DNA of 64,000 nucleotides, taken from positions 64,001 through 128,000 of IMG/VR virus record IMGVR_UViG_3300035101_000015. The stretch is one strand, 5' to 3'. Shown in pieces: positions 10,928 through 21,339 of the stretch (the first letter of the stretch is position 1; each line of letters starts with the position of its first letter). The position numbers were made by a program, and so were the translations under genes. Under the pieces are notes generated by a model. It searched no databases. It saw nothing but the letters and a program-made list of their open reading frames with translations, and was not told the DNA's origin. This DNA is from a virus (taxonomy: Duplodnaviria; Caudoviricetes).

Positions 10928-12190
10928 TCAGACGAGGATGGTGGGGTTACCTGTAGAGATGACCCCTTCGAGGAACTGACCGGAGAGGATGGTACCTGGT
11001 CCCTGCGGTGTGGTGATGGCAATTGGAATCGTGATGGCCACGCGTACCGTCGAGCCTACCGATGCCACCGGCTTTCCGCCACCATTGAGCACCAGGCCAC
11101 CTCCGGCCGTGCCCAGCTCCGCACCACTCTTGCCGATGAGCTTCACCGAGCCCTCGGCTTCGACGGACACGTTCTTCTTGCAGAAGATTTCGATGTTGTC
11201 GTCCACGGTGAGCCGGAGCTTCTTCTTCACCCGCAGGTTCACTGAGCCTTCCCAGCGCCCCATCATGTTGCCTGCACGGTCTACGAAGATGCGCAGCTTC
11301 ACATCCTCAGCGTCTGCCTTGAATTCACCCGCATCCGTCTCAAACCCGTTGCGGGCCAGCACCATCTCGAAGACTGTGTCCTCGTCAGTCCCAATCTCGA
11401 GCTGGTTGTTGTTTGAATCCTCACCAGCATCACCAGTGGGCTCCGGTACTGGAGAACGTACTCGACCCATGGCGAAACGCATGTCTGCATACTCATCGTT
11501 GGCGAACACGCGCACGGTGTGACGCCATTCCGTATCCGGGTCGTCGTTACCCCGGTCCTGCACACCCCAGTTGATGGAGCCGCCCGAGTTGAAGTGGTTG
11601 TACTTCTGGCTGATGTCGGTGACGAGGTTCTGCAGCGGGATGCAAATCCGTTGTGCGAGTGGGGTCGCGCCAAATTGGGCCACTCCTCCACGATGCAAAA
11701 TCATGAAGTTCCCATCTCTCGTTCGGGCTACGATGTCGCCCGGCTTCCCACGAGTCCTGCCACCTGCGTACGTGTAGTCGCTGGTACTCTCCGTATTGCC
11801 CGCCGCATCCGGTGAGGTTCCCGCAGGGGCCTCCTCGCTTGAGGTATCGGGAATCGTCACCATAGGCATGATGAAGGCCAGGACAAACGGCGGCGGCCCG
11901 TCCGAAGGAATGCAGATGAGACACTTCGCTCCTACCTCCGGTACAACGTAGAGACCCTCACCCTGGTTGGCGTTCATGTAGGGACTCGCAACCTGCAGGT
12001 CGAGCATGACCTTCTGGTCGAAGATGGTGGCGACGTCCACCGTCCAGTTGGTCATGTTGACGTTGAAGATACGCGCCTCGTGAACGTAGGCGGCGACTGC
12101 ACCCTCAGGCTGAGTCCACGATGAACGAGCGAAGCTACTCCACGCCAGTGGGTTGAAGTAGTCGGTGTACATGCCCTTGAGTGCGGGCAT
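10928..12190 (-). CDS. Putative baseplate spike / gp5-gpV-like protein
   Basis: N-terminal OB-fold-like GEGLYVVPEVGAKCLI; C-terminal beta-strand repeats (VSVEAEGSVKLIG). Confidence 0.55.
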   Translation of the reverse strand: MPALKGMYTDYFNPLAWSSFARSSWTQPEGAVAAYVHEARIFNVNMTNWTVDVATIFDQKVMLDLQVASPYMNANQGEGLYVVPEVGAKCLICIPSDGPPPFVLAFIMPMVTIPDTSSEEAPAGTSPDAAGNTESTSDYTYAGGRTRGKPGDIVARTRDGNFMILHRGGVAQFGATPLAQRICIPLQNLVTDISQKYNHFNSGGSINWGVQDRGNDDPDTEWRHTVRVFANDEYADMRFAMGRVRSPVPEPTGDAGEDSNNNQLEIGTDEDTVFEMVLARNGFETDAGEFKADAEDVKLRIFVDRAGNMMGRWEGSVNLRVKKKLRLTVDDNIEIFCKKNVSVEAEGSVKLIGKSGAELGTAGGGLVLNGGGKPVASVGSTVRVAITIPIAITTPQGPGTILSGQFLEGVISTGNPTILV

Positions 12191-15100
12191 CTAGTACCCC
12201 CACTCGGGCAGACCCTTCAGATGAGGCGCCTTGAAGTGGTGGCGCTTCTTCGTCATGCCGAACTCCGCACCGTAGGCCGCACCCGGAATGGGATGCAATC
12301 CATGAAGGTCGCTCGCCGAGCCCTCTGCCGCAGCGTCGGTCAGGGTCTTGGTCAGCCGGTTGTAGTTCAGCTTGGCCATCCAGTCTTCTTGCATCGCCCG
12401 GGGCATCACATCAATACCCTTCATGATGGGAGCGTGGGTGATGGGCTTCTTGCCGGATTTCACGAGCTGGGAGTTCACCGCTCGGACCTTCGAGGTGGGC
12501 TGGTACTCACCCTTCAGGATACCGGACGCACCTCCTGGAGAGCGTACACGTGTGAGGTTGCTCATCCCCTTCACCACCGTCTCGATGTGCTGGCGGCGCA
12601 CGCCCTCGTTCTTGAAGATGCCATGGAGCTCGTCCGTCAGGTAGTTCTGCACGCGCTCCATGTTGTTGGTGGCCTTGTACAAGTCGTGTGGGTTCACGAA
12701 GGTACGGGCGGGGTCACTGAGCTGCTGACCAGCCTCGACCTTCATACCCACCTTCGGCGGAGTCCAACCAGGCGCCTGCATGTTAGGTAGTGAGGTATGA
12801 AGTGACCTACCAGTTCGGTCCTTTGGAACGAAGTGCTTCATCCCATCGATGAAGATGTTGGTACCAGTACGACCCGTCTCCACCTTGTCGACGGTACCAG
12901 ATTTCATGGCTAGAGAGGCAGAGTCCGGGATGCGCTTCGGCAGCAGCGTGAGCTGCTTGGTGCGGTCGAACATGCCGAGCGTTCCACCACCCTCTGCTTT
13001 CACACCACCTGAATGGAATGCCTTCAGCGCGAGCTGCACCGAGCGCTCACCGAGAGACTGCGCTCCGAGCACGCCGACGTTGGTGCCCTTGTCGTAGTAC
13101 TGACCTGTAGGACTGAGCCCAGCGCACTTCTGGCAGAGACCCTCTCCATGCTCACACTTCAGGGTCGAGCGCACGACAGCCTGCGCGTTCTTGTCGAGCC
13201 GGCGAATCTGACCGACCACGTCTGGGGACATGATGGTCCCCTTCTTGAAAGTGCGACCACGCACCTTCAAGTCCGTCGCGAGCTCGCGGTCGTGCACGTC
13301 CTTGCTGCCTATAGGCAGGCCAACACCACGCTGGGTACCACAATCGTCACCATTCACCACCATGTTCATCGTGGTGTTGATGAGCTGCTTGGAGAAGTAC
13401 CCCGGGTCCTGAACCTCCTGCACCTTCTGGATGGAGCCCTTGCGGGCACCGCTGGACTGGGTCCAGTACCCCGCCACGTCGAGTCCTTCGGAGTAGGACT
13501 TCGTCACCGGCATCGGTATGGTTCGCCCAGCAGCATCCTCGAGGAGCATCGGTGCCAGCTTGAGCTGCTGGTACTGTGACCACTTCGGCTTGATGCCAGC
13601 ATCGTGCATCCTGAAGAGGTTGTCCGGGTTCTTGGTGGCACCAGACAGGTGCTTCTGCTGCATCTGAGTGGTGGCCTTACCCCACTCGGCAATGGCACGC
13701 TGCTCCTTCTGAGCCTTGGTCAACCCAGAGTTGTTTATCATGTCCACACGCCGCTGCGTGGCTCGGATGATGGGGTCTCGAACCTTCCTGTCAGGTGTCA
13801 GGTCATCGAGGCTGAGCGAGTGGGTACCGACGGGAAGGGTTTGAACCTTCTTGGGATTCTCCGCTGCGTCGATTGCACCAGGACCCACATGCTTGCCTGG
13901 GTGCTTCAACCGAATCTGTCCATAGGAGGCATCGAAGCCAAAGTCCTTGAGCTTGTTGGCTGCATCCCCAAACTCCTGAGGGTGCTTCCTTGCCAGCTCA
14001 CCGTACAGCTCATCGATACCCCTGCCGTTGAGCTGGAACTTGTGGTCTGTCAACACGCGCTGCTGCATCGGCTTGGGCAGCGCGGTCGACAGCAGAGCTC
14101 GACCCGGTGTCGTCTTGCCTAGCCCCTTGATTTGCGCCAGCTCATCGATGCCGAGCTTGCCCGACTGCACAGCCTTCAGTGCATCAGCGGGGCTGCCGAA
14201 CCTTCGGTTACCGGTACCACGCACCTGAGTCATCTTGTAGAGACCGAGCGCGCTCTCGAGCGTGGGGGTGTACGCCACGCGCCCAGTCGCCTCATTGAAG
14301 AGGTTCCTGGAAGGCATCATGCCGCGAGCCTCTTCGACTGCCTCGTCGCTTATCGGCACGTACATGCTCATCTGGTCGCCATCGAAGTCGGCGTTGTACC
14401 CAGAGACGGTGAGCGGATGAATCTTGATGGCCTTGCCCTTCACCCGATGAGCCTTGAACGCCTGGATGCTGTGCTTGTGCAAAGCTGGGTCGCGCTTCAT
14501 GAGCAGCGGCCGTTCCTCCATCACCATGTCGAGCGCACGCTGGACGTTCTTGTCTCGATGCACACCCTTCTTCGTCAGCATCTCCTGCGCCTCGAGGGCG
14601 CTGGGCGCAACGCCGAGCTCGGTCATCTTCTTGACCACGAACGGTCGGAACAATTTCAGCGCCTTCTCCTGAGGGACGCCCACGTCATCCAACCCCATGC
14701 CCGGCTCTGGCACGATGGTCGAGCGCATGCTCATGTCCTGACGTCGACTGAGCAGCGTCTTCTGGAAGTAACCTTCCTTAGGTGACGCGCCGGAGATGAG
14801 CTCCATGACGCCCTTGGCCTTCTTGGTACCCTTCTCCGAGCTGGACTGCCCGACACCAACCAGGGCCTTCAGGCCATCGTACATCTCTCGGCGGTGCTCC
14901 TTCAGGTCGGCATCCCCGATACCGAGGTGTGCCTTACCCTTGAGCTCTTTGAGCTGACCGTTGTTCTGAGCGAAGTTGGAGTAGAGACCGTTGAGGTCCT
15001 CCCAGCGCACGTTGCCATCCTTCATGATGCTCGGTGGGCGCATGGCAGGAGGAAGCACGGGGAGGTTCTTGACGGTGTACGCGTCGTCGGGACTGACCCC

Positions 15101-18100
15101 CTTCTCCTTGAGCAGGCTGAGGTACTTCACCCGCTTCAGAGCATTGTCGAGCTTCTGGGTGTTGGCTCCATGAGCAAACCCTGAGGGGATGTTGGCAGCA
15201 TGCAAGTCCTTCTTGGCTTGGTCGAGGGCCTTGTCGACGCTGAGCCCTTTCAGCGCGCCGGCGATTGCTGCCCCACCAGTATCACCCTTGCCTAGTGCAA
15301 CGACGTTGCCCTTCTTGTCCAGAGCCTTGTCACCATTGACCACGTCGTTGTACTGCCTACCAGTGAGGCCGAGCACCTTCTGGATGGCACCCTCGAACAT
15401 CGGGTTCGGCATGGGCTCGGCGAGCTTCATGTGACTCCACTTCTTGCCGCCCACACCACCAGTCACCTTCTCGTCGAACAATCCTCCTGGTAGAGGCTTG
15501 AGGTTGCCCTCCTTGTCCACCTTTGAGTAGGTCAAGCGGCTGGGCTGCTTGAGCTCACCCGAGGACATCTTCATCACCTCAGCATCCGTGAGCGGGCTGA
15601 GCTGCATCCGGTGGCCCTTCTTCTCCACATTCACACCGGAGGCACGCAGCATGTCGGTGAACTTGCGGAAGGCGAAGGTGGGCTTGGGAGTAGGCAGTGG
15701 CTCACCTAGCTGGATGGAGTTCCACACCTCATGGTGCTGACTGGGGAACTTCTTCGCCTCGGGTGCAGGGTCGGGGCCCTGGGACTTCCACGTCTGCGCC
15801 TCACGGATGTTGGCCTTCGCTCCATGGGCCAGCAGTACGTTGAGTCCGAGATTGCCGAACGACTGCCCGCCACTCTTGCCTCCACTGGTGGGCATGAGGT
15901 TGACGTCGTAGGTCTCGGGCGTCTCGCCCTTGAGCGTCAGACCAGAGCGGACGCTGACCTTCTTGTCCACCTGGTGCTGCAGCTTGAGCATGTGCTGGGG
16001 TCCAACCAGAGCCTTGCCCAGGCTCTTCCCCGTCCTCGGGTCTACGAGCTCCTCTTGGTCACTCAGGCCGTGCCTCTTGAGCTCCTTCTTCACTCGGTCG
16101 ACCTGGTCCACACCGTGCTCGAAGTTGTCGATGACGATGGGCTTGCCAGTCTTCTTGGCCACCTTGCCCAGTGCTGTCTCCAGCACCTGACCGACGTTCA
16201 TACGTCCGGGCACGCCCGATGGATTGAGGGCCACCTGCACGACCTCGCCGGACTTGGTACGTGGCATCTCCTCGTCAGGTACGACCTTGGTCACGATGCC
16301 CTTGTTGCCATGACGGCCGGTGAGCTTGTCGCCGACCTGCATCTGCTCCTCGGTCTTGACGTGTACGGTGACCTCGCCCTTCTTGTTCTTGTGGACGCCT
16401 ACGACCTTTCCACCGTAGTCGCTGTCCCACTTGAGTGAGGCGTCACTGTGCTGCCCAGCGAGGCTCTTTCGGATGCGAGCGATGCCCGAACGGTCGGTGA
16501 TTTGCACGGGACGTGTCGCCAATACCAGAGGGTCACCTGGATTCACATGCTGACCGACCTTCACCACACCATCATCACCCAGCTTCCCGTACTGCTCCTT
16601 CTTGTAGGACTCCGGGTGCTGCACCTGGAACTTCTTCGGAGCGGTGACGTCCTGGTCGGTGAGCTTCACACTCGGCTTGTGCATGTGCTCGCTGCGCAAC
16701 TTCTTGGCAGCGCTCTCACTGATGACGACGCCATCCTCGAAGTTGTATCCCTTCCAGGGGATGTAGGCGACGTTGAGGTTGGCACCCAACGCCAGCTTGC
16801 CTTTCTTGGTGAAGTTGGTGTCGGCTACAGGCTGACCAGCCTTGACCTTCTGGCCCGGCTTGACCGTGGCCTCGGAGTTGAGAACGGACTTGGCGTCGTT
16901 CAGGGGGAAGTTGTCGTAGAGCTGGACGGTGTGAGCCTTGCCCTTGGAGTCCTTGAGCACGACTCCCTTCTTGGTGACCTTCTCCACAGTCCCATCCACC
17001 GGCGACATGTGCCCAGACTGTCGACCGATGAACTCCTCGAAGCTGCGAACACCCTTGCGGCCCGAGCCGGTGCCAACCTGTACCAGTGGCTCTTCACGGT
17101 CCTTCAAGCTGATGGCCTGCTCGATGTGGTGGGTCGCGTAGCTGGCGCGGTTGCCTGAGTTGTTCCCCATGAAGGGGATGAGGTTGCTCGTCATGCTGAA
17201 CGCCTGCGATGGGTGGAACATCGCGTACTGGGCGTCCTTCATACTCATCTCCTCGAGCTCGTTCGCCTTCGAGGAGACCTTCACCTTTGAGCCTACCGCT
17301 GTGGGTTTGCCACCTTCCCACTTCACCTGGTCTGGCAGAACCACGTTCGACTTGACGAAAGTGCCTGGTCCGATGAGCTCCTTCTTGCCAGTTTTCAAGT
17401 TGTATACCGGAATGCGTGGTTCTTTCCCCACCTTCTTCACACCCATTGGCAAGTGAAGCGTCACGCCAGTCTTCTGGCCCTCAGGGGTATGCAGTGGGTC
17501 AACGAACCCGAAGTGGCTGGGGTTGATGAGCTTCGCCTCATCCATGATGGCGTTCTCGCTCTGAATGCCACCTGGGCCCATGATGGTGGTGGACATCGAC
17601 GAGGCCATCATCTCTACAGGATTGACCTGGTCCGCCACCCGCATCGCCGAGTTCTTCCTGAAGGTGTCCTGCACGGGCTTGTTGAACACCTCACTGCGGA
17701 CGACGTCTCTTGGTGAACTGGCGTTGTTGATTTGCCGCAGCATCTTGTTGCGGATGGACTTGGCCGTCTTCCAATCGGTCAGCTTGTCGTGAGCGTAGTC
17801 GCCTACGCTGCGCAGGTCCTTGAACACCAAGTTGTCCCGGTCGTCCTCTGGCGCGCCGGCCTGGACCTTGAGCATCTTGGAGGTGGCCCTGGTGAAGGCG
17901 TCACCCTCCACTCGGTCGAACTTCTTGCCCAGCGTGAGCTCGGTGGCATCGGGTCGGACCTCCGAGGCCATCAGGGTGTCCCGCACGTACGCCTCGGCCG
18001 CCTCCCTGTCCTTGGGCGCGAACTTGCGGTCGGCCTTGAAGAAGCGCTCGAGCGCGGTACCGGCGCCACGCGCATTCTTGTTGGCCTCGAGGACGTCCTT

Positions 18101-18652
18101 GCCCCATTGCCGCTCGAGCGTGTCATCGTCGACCCCCATCGCCTTCATGATGGGGTAGACGGGGATGCTCTTCGACTTCCCCCGCTCCATAAGGAAGGTC
18201 TTCTTCTCAGGATTGAAAGTGATGTCGAATGCCGGACGGTTGGCGATGTTGAACCTGGTCTCGAGCTCACCACTCTGACGGCGTCGGGTGTAGACCCCTG
18301 GCTTGAGCTGCCACTGGTTGTCAGCCTGGTATTCCTGACCGCCCACGATGTAGCTGTAGCGACGGGTGAGCACGGGCAGCTCCGCCACCTTCATCCGCTG
18401 AGTGGTCTCCTTACCTGTCTTGTGGTCCTTGAGGGCCATGGTGGCGTACACCGGTCGGCTGAAAGTGCCGCCCTCCACCTTGGCCTTGTGCTGACCCTCG
18501 ATGTCATCGGAGTCGGCTTTCTCCATCTGCACGTCCAGGTCCTTCAGGACGAGCGACTGCTCTCGTCCCTCGACCGGGAAGTGGGAGCGGATTCCTTCCA
18601 GCGCCCGCTCCTTGAAATCCGCAAACGCCTCGTCGTGGTCCAGGTACGCCAT
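12191..18652 (-). CDS. DNA-directed RNA polymerase, fused beta-beta' single polypeptide
   Basis: beta motifs (HTPEG, GYNFEDG, GDKLTGRHGNKG, LNPSGVPGRMNVGQ, KLQHQVDKK) followed in frame by beta' motifs (LPVLPPAMRP, RDPALHK, NADFDGDQM, GARKG, CEHGEGLCQKC, AQSLGERSVQLALKAFHSGG). Confidence 0.95.
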   Translation of the reverse strand: MAYLDHDEAFADFKERALEGIRSHFPVEGREQSLVLKDLDVQMEKADSDDIEGQHKAKVEGGTFSRPVYATMALKDHKTGKETTQRMKVAELPVLTRRYSYIVGGQEYQADNQWQLKPGVYTRRRQSGELETRFNIANRPAFDITFNPEKKTFLMERGKSKSIPVYPIMKAMGVDDDTLERQWGKDVLEANKNARGAGTALERFFKADRKFAPKDREAAEAYVRDTLMASEVRPDATELTLGKKFDRVEGDAFTRATSKMLKVQAGAPEDDRDNLVFKDLRSVGDYAHDKLTDWKTAKSIRNKMLRQINNASSPRDVVRSEVFNKPVQDTFRKNSAMRVADQVNPVEMMASSMSTTIMGPGGIQSENAIMDEAKLINPSHFGFVDPLHTPEGQKTGVTLHLPMGVKKVGKEPRIPVYNLKTGKKELIGPGTFVKSNVVLPDQVKWEGGKPTAVGSKVKVSSKANELEEMSMKDAQYAMFHPSQAFSMTSNLIPFMGNNSGNRASYATHHIEQAISLKDREEPLVQVGTGSGRKGVRSFEEFIGRQSGHMSPVDGTVEKVTKKGVVLKDSKGKAHTVQLYDNFPLNDAKSVLNSEATVKPGQKVKAGQPVADTNFTKKGKLALGANLNVAYIPWKGYNFEDGVVISESAAKKLRSEHMHKPSVKLTDQDVTAPKKFQVQHPESYKKEQYGKLGDDGVVKVGQHVNPGDPLVLATRPVQITDRSGIARIRKSLAGQHSDASLKWDSDYGGKVVGVHKNKKGEVTVHVKTEEQMQVGDKLTGRHGNKGIVTKVVPDEEMPRTKSGEVVQVALNPSGVPGRMNVGQVLETALGKVAKKTGKPIVIDNFEHGVDQVDRVKKELKRHGLSDQEELVDPRTGKSLGKALVGPQHMLKLQHQVDKKVSVRSGLTLKGETPETYDVNLMPTSGGKSGGQSFGNLGLNVLLAHGAKANIREAQTWKSQGPDPAPEAKKFPSQHHEVWNSIQLGEPLPTPKPTFAFRKFTDMLRASGVNVEKKGHRMQLSPLTDAEVMKMSSGELKQPSRLTYSKVDKEGNLKPLPGGLFDEKVTGGVGGKKWSHMKLAEPMPNPMFEGAIQKVLGLTGRQYNDVVNGDKALDKKGNVVALGKGDTGGAAIAGALKGLSVDKALDQAKKDLHAANIPSGFAHGANTQKLDNALKRVKYLSLLKEKGVSPDDAYTVKNLPVLPPAMRPPSIMKDGNVRWEDLNGLYSNFAQNNGQLKELKGKAHLGIGDADLKEHRREMYDGLKALVGVGQSSSEKGTKKAKGVMELISGASPKEGYFQKTLLSRRQDMSMRSTIVPEPGMGLDDVGVPQEKALKLFRPFVVKKMTELGVAPSALEAQEMLTKKGVHRDKNVQRALDMVMEERPLLMKRDPALHKHSIQAFKAHRVKGKAIKIHPLTVSGYNADFDGDQMSMYVPISDEAVEEARGMMPSRNLFNEATGRVAYTPTLESALGLYKMTQVRGTGNRRFGSPADALKAVQSGKLGIDELAQIKGLGKTTPGRALLSTALPKPMQQRVLTDHKFQLNGRGIDELYGELARKHPQEFGDAANKLKDFGFDASYGQIRLKHPGKHVGPGAIDAAENPKKVQTLPVGTHSLSLDDLTPDRKVRDPIIRATQRRVDMINNSGLTKAQKEQRAIAEWGKATTQMQQKHLSGATKNPDNLFRMHDAGIKPKWSQYQQLKLAPMLLEDAAGRTIPMPVTKSYSEGLDVAGYWTQSSGARKGSIQKVQEVQDPGYFSKQLINTTMNMVVNGDDCGTQRGVGLPIGSKDVHDRELATDLKVRGRTFKKGTIMSPDVVGQIRRLDKNAQAVVRSTLKCEHGEGLCQKCAGLSPTGQYYDKGTNVGVLGAQSLGERSVQLALKAFHSGGVKAEGGGTLGMFDRTKQLTLLPKRIPDSASLAMKSGTVDKVETGRTGTNIFIDGMKHFVPKDRTGRSLHTSLPNMQAPGWTPPKVGMKVEAGQQLSDPARTFVNPHDLYKATNNMERVQNYLTDELHGIFKNEGVRRQHIETVVKGMSNLTRVRSPGGASGILKGEYQPTSKVRAVNSQLVKSGKKPITHAPIMKGIDVMPRAMQEDWMAKLNYNRLTKTLTDAAAEGSASDLHGLHPIPGAAYGAEFGMTKKRHHFKAPHLKGLPEWGY

Positions 18653-18692
18653 GGGCTAGTCGATTCTAGCGTACTTCATGGCGGAAAGGCGC

Positions 18693-18721
18693 TGCAAGGA
18701 GTTGATGAACACCGGGATAAG
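18693..18721 (+). promoter_or_regulatory. Putative promoter TGCAAG-N17-GATAAG
   Basis: Bipartite motif repeated at the head of four plus-strand blocks. Confidence 0.6.
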
Positions 18722-18760
18722 AGGCGTGAAGGTGGCTCATCCGCCTTTCAGAAAGGAAGC

Positions 18761-18892
18761 ATGTCAGGACCAGGCAACACAGGAGCACTCCTCGAGGACG
18801 AGTTGGACGACATCTACAGTGAAGACGGCCAGTCCGAAGAGGAGGACGAGGAGGACACGGATTCTGACGATGATGACGGGGACGACGACTGA
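18761..18892 (+). CDS. Small, extremely acidic protein (43 aa)
   Basis: AAAGGAAG RBS; MSGPGNTGALLEDELDDIYSEDGQSEEEDEEDTDSDDDDGDDD. Confidence 0.5.
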   Translation: MSGPGNTGALLEDELDDIYSEDGQSEEEDEEDTDSDDDDGDDD

Positions 18893-18955
18893 TGTGGTTG
18901 CCGTTTCTCGCAGGCGTAGCCCAGGGGGTGACGCTGTTTCTGATGGAGGTAGTCA

Positions 18956-19552
18956 GTGCTTCTCAATCCCATGCAAGGCGTACCCGTCCTGCCAGGGACC
19001 CGAATGCTGACTGAGAGCTTTGGCTTGGTGGGGGTCCTCATCGAGGACCCCCGCCGCGCCGGGCGCAACTGGACCATCACCAACCTGTTCGCGCCCGTCG
19101 GCCGGGCTCTCAACGGCATCCGAGCCAAGCTGGTCGACGAAAAGGGTTTCGTTAGCTTCGTGAACCAACGAGACCTGGAGCTGCTGCTGGACATAGCCCA
19201 GCCAGGCCAGTGGTGCCCCTGGACCGAATCTCGCTACCCCGGCATCAACTCGTTCGAGGAAGGGTGGTTCGGCATCTGCTGTGACGACGATGACCTGCTC
19301 GATGACCTGTACGAGCGAGAGCTCATGCTCCGCCAGCAGTACAACGGGCTCATCCCAGACGGTGTTGAGCTGAGCAGGAGAGTTCATCTCGAAGACAACA
19401 ACGACCAGGAGGAGCTGCTGTTGCTTCTCTGGGACCGTGACCCCGATACCAACTATGCCCCCGACACCAGGATGGAAACTCTGCGACGTCGTTGGGTACA
19501 AGTCGAAAGGAGAAGACTGATATGGTCCAGAGTTTCGGACATGCAGCAGTAG
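18956..19552 (+). CDS. Hypothetical protein
   Basis: 198 aa; GGAGG RBS with GTG start. Confidence 0.65.
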   Translation: MLLNPMQGVPVLPGTRMLTESFGLVGVLIEDPRRAGRNWTITNLFAPVGRALNGIRAKLVDEKGFVSFVNQRDLELLLDIAQPGQWCPWTESRYPGINSFEEGWFGICCDDDDLLDDLYERELMLRQQYNGLIPDGVELSRRVHLEDNNDQEELLLLLWDRDPDTNYAPDTRMETLRRRWVQVERRRLIWSRVSDMQQ

Positions 19553-20139
19553 CGAGTGGGCTCGCGCCCATCAACTACGACTCGGAGAAGCTCTGCCCTG
19601 AGTGCGGAAAGAACATCATGCTCACGGAAGCAGCGGTGCTTCTCCAAATCGTGATGCCGACGGCGAACGAGCTTCGCCAGGTACTCTACATGCCGTTCGA
19701 GAGAGCGGACGGTGGGTACGCCTACGAACCCTACTTCTTTCATGCAGAGTGCTGGGCAGCCAACAACGAGGCGCTCGACAAGCTGCTGAGCGAGTACGAC
19801 TGCCACGCAGTACACGACGACCACAGCTTCATGACCTGCAAGCTGTGTTGCAGCGGGCTCCGAGTCGGTGAGCCTGCAGCGCTGGTGTCCCATGGTGAGC
19901 TTCGAGCGAGCCAGCGGTCACCAGACGGCATTCACACGCCGACGTTCTACACCTATCCCAACGGGCGAGAGCTGCTGTGCCTGTCTTGCATCCGCTCGTT
20001 GAATGAAGAAATCATGGGCCTGTGGGACCACATCTCGTATAGCGGTGAGTGTCCCGGTTGTACCTACGACAGAATCTGGCGCACCGGTGCGGTATGCCAA
20101 CACGAGTATGAAGACCCCTCTGATGAGGATGACGAATAG
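19492..20139 (+). CDS. Cys-rich (zinc-binding) hypothetical protein
   Basis: Several CxxC/HxxC pairs; start codon uncertain. Confidence 0.6.
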   Translation: MGTSRKEKTDMVQSFGHAAVASGLAPINYDSEKLCPECGKNIMLTEAAVLLQIVMPTANELRQVLYMPFERADGGYAYEPYFFHAECWAANNEALDKLLSEYDCHAVHDDHSFMTCKLCCSGLRVGEPAALVSHGELRASQRSPDGIHTPTFYTYPNGRELLCLSCIRSLNEEIMGLWDHISYSGECPGCTYDRIWRTGAVCQHEYEDPSDEDDE

Positions 20140-20151
20140 GAGAACGAACGC

Positions 20152-21339
20152 ATGGCTACATTGGAACAGGTAATCGCCACCTGCCTCATGACTCCGAGGC
20201 ACGACCCCAGGGACGCAGCGTGTGTCTGGGGGTTGCCGCTGAACATCGTGGGGCTCTCTGGAGGCGGGAAGTCCGAGCGCATCGCTCAAGCATGTGCCGC
20301 CGTTGGCCTGCCGCTCTTCGTTGTGTTTCCAGCGTCGAAGCAGCCGGAGGACTTCGGCGGCGCGCCGTTCATGTCAGCAGATGGCATCATCATCGAGTGC
20401 ATTCTCCCTCAAGCCAACAAGCTGCGGGACCTCGGTCAGGGTGTCCTGGCGATTGATGAGCTCAGCACCGCACGTCCTGCAGTCCAGGCGTCGGCGCTGG
20501 GCTTGGTCAACGACCGCCGCGTCGGTGACCATCTACTTCCTCCCAGGGTTCGCGTCGTCACGGCAATGAACCCCACCGAGTACGCCGCCGGTGGCTTCAC
20601 TCTGGAAGCTCCGCTGGCGAACCGCATGATGCACGTCACATACGACATGCCTACCGTGAGTGAGTGGACCGATTGGCTCACTGGGCAACCTCAGCACCAC
20701 CTCGAGAGCGTGGTCAACGCAGAGCAGAAGATTCTGGCAGGCTGGGATGAGCACTGGTCACAACTCCGTGGACTCATGGTTGGGTTCATGGAATCGAACC
20801 AGTCGCAGCTCCACCAGCAGCCCAAACCCGATGACCCAGACGCTAGTGGACCGTGGCGTAGCCCACGCATGTGGCACTGGGCCGGGCGTGGAATCGCTGC
20901 TTCGCGCTGCCTGGGGATGCCTGGCGACATCGAGAACAAGCTCATCGCTGGCTGCGTAGGTGAAGGGGTACTGCCTGAGTGGATTGAGTGGGTCAGCAAG
21001 GCCGACTTACCTCACCCGAGGGACATGCTCCAGAAGAACTGGATGCCGGACACCCAGCGTCTGGACATCACCATGGCCGCACTCACCTCGATGTCGATGT
21101 GGGTCTGCGACATGAAGGACCTGCAGGCGCAGCAGCAGTATGCCATCCCCGCTTGGGGCCTGGTGGACCGTGTGTTCGACGCCGGACTGGCCGACGTCGC
21201 CATGAAGCCAGCGAGCGCGCTGCTCGGCAAGAACCTGGGGCACACCAGCCCCAATCCGAGCTTGAAGCAGGCGGCGCGAGAGGTCATCCTCAAGCTCGGC
21301 CGCAGTGGCTACGCCAAGTTCGCAGGACTCATCCAATGA
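20152..21339 (+). CDS. MoxR-type AAA+ ATPase
   Basis: Walker A GLSGGGKS, Walker B AIDELS, TAMNP sensor, PLANR arginine finger, SPRMW. Confidence 0.85.
   Translation: MATLEQVIATCLMTPRHDPRDAACVWGLPLNIVGLSGGGKSERIAQACAAVGLPLFVVFPASKQPEDFGGAPFMSADGIIIECILPQANKLRDLGQGVLAIDELSTARPAVQASALGLVNDRRVGDHLLPPRVRVVTAMNPTEYAAGGFTLEAPLANRMMHVTYDMPTVSEWTDWLTGQPQHHLESVVNAEQKILAGWDEHWSQLRGLMVGFMESNQSQLHQQPKPDDPDASGPWRSPRMWHWAGRGIAASRCLGMPGDIENKLIAGCVGEGVLPEWIEWVSKADLPHPRDMLQKNWMPDTQRLDITMAALTSMSMWVCDMKDLQAQQQYAIPAWGLVDRVFDAGLADVAMKPASALLGKNLGHTSPNPSLKQAAREVILKLGRSGYAKFAGLIQ

Noticed and set aside
12191-18652. Host rpoBC operon (cellular contig)
   Set aside because: No ribosomal-protein context; compact fused gene flanked by terminase, baseplate and portal genes
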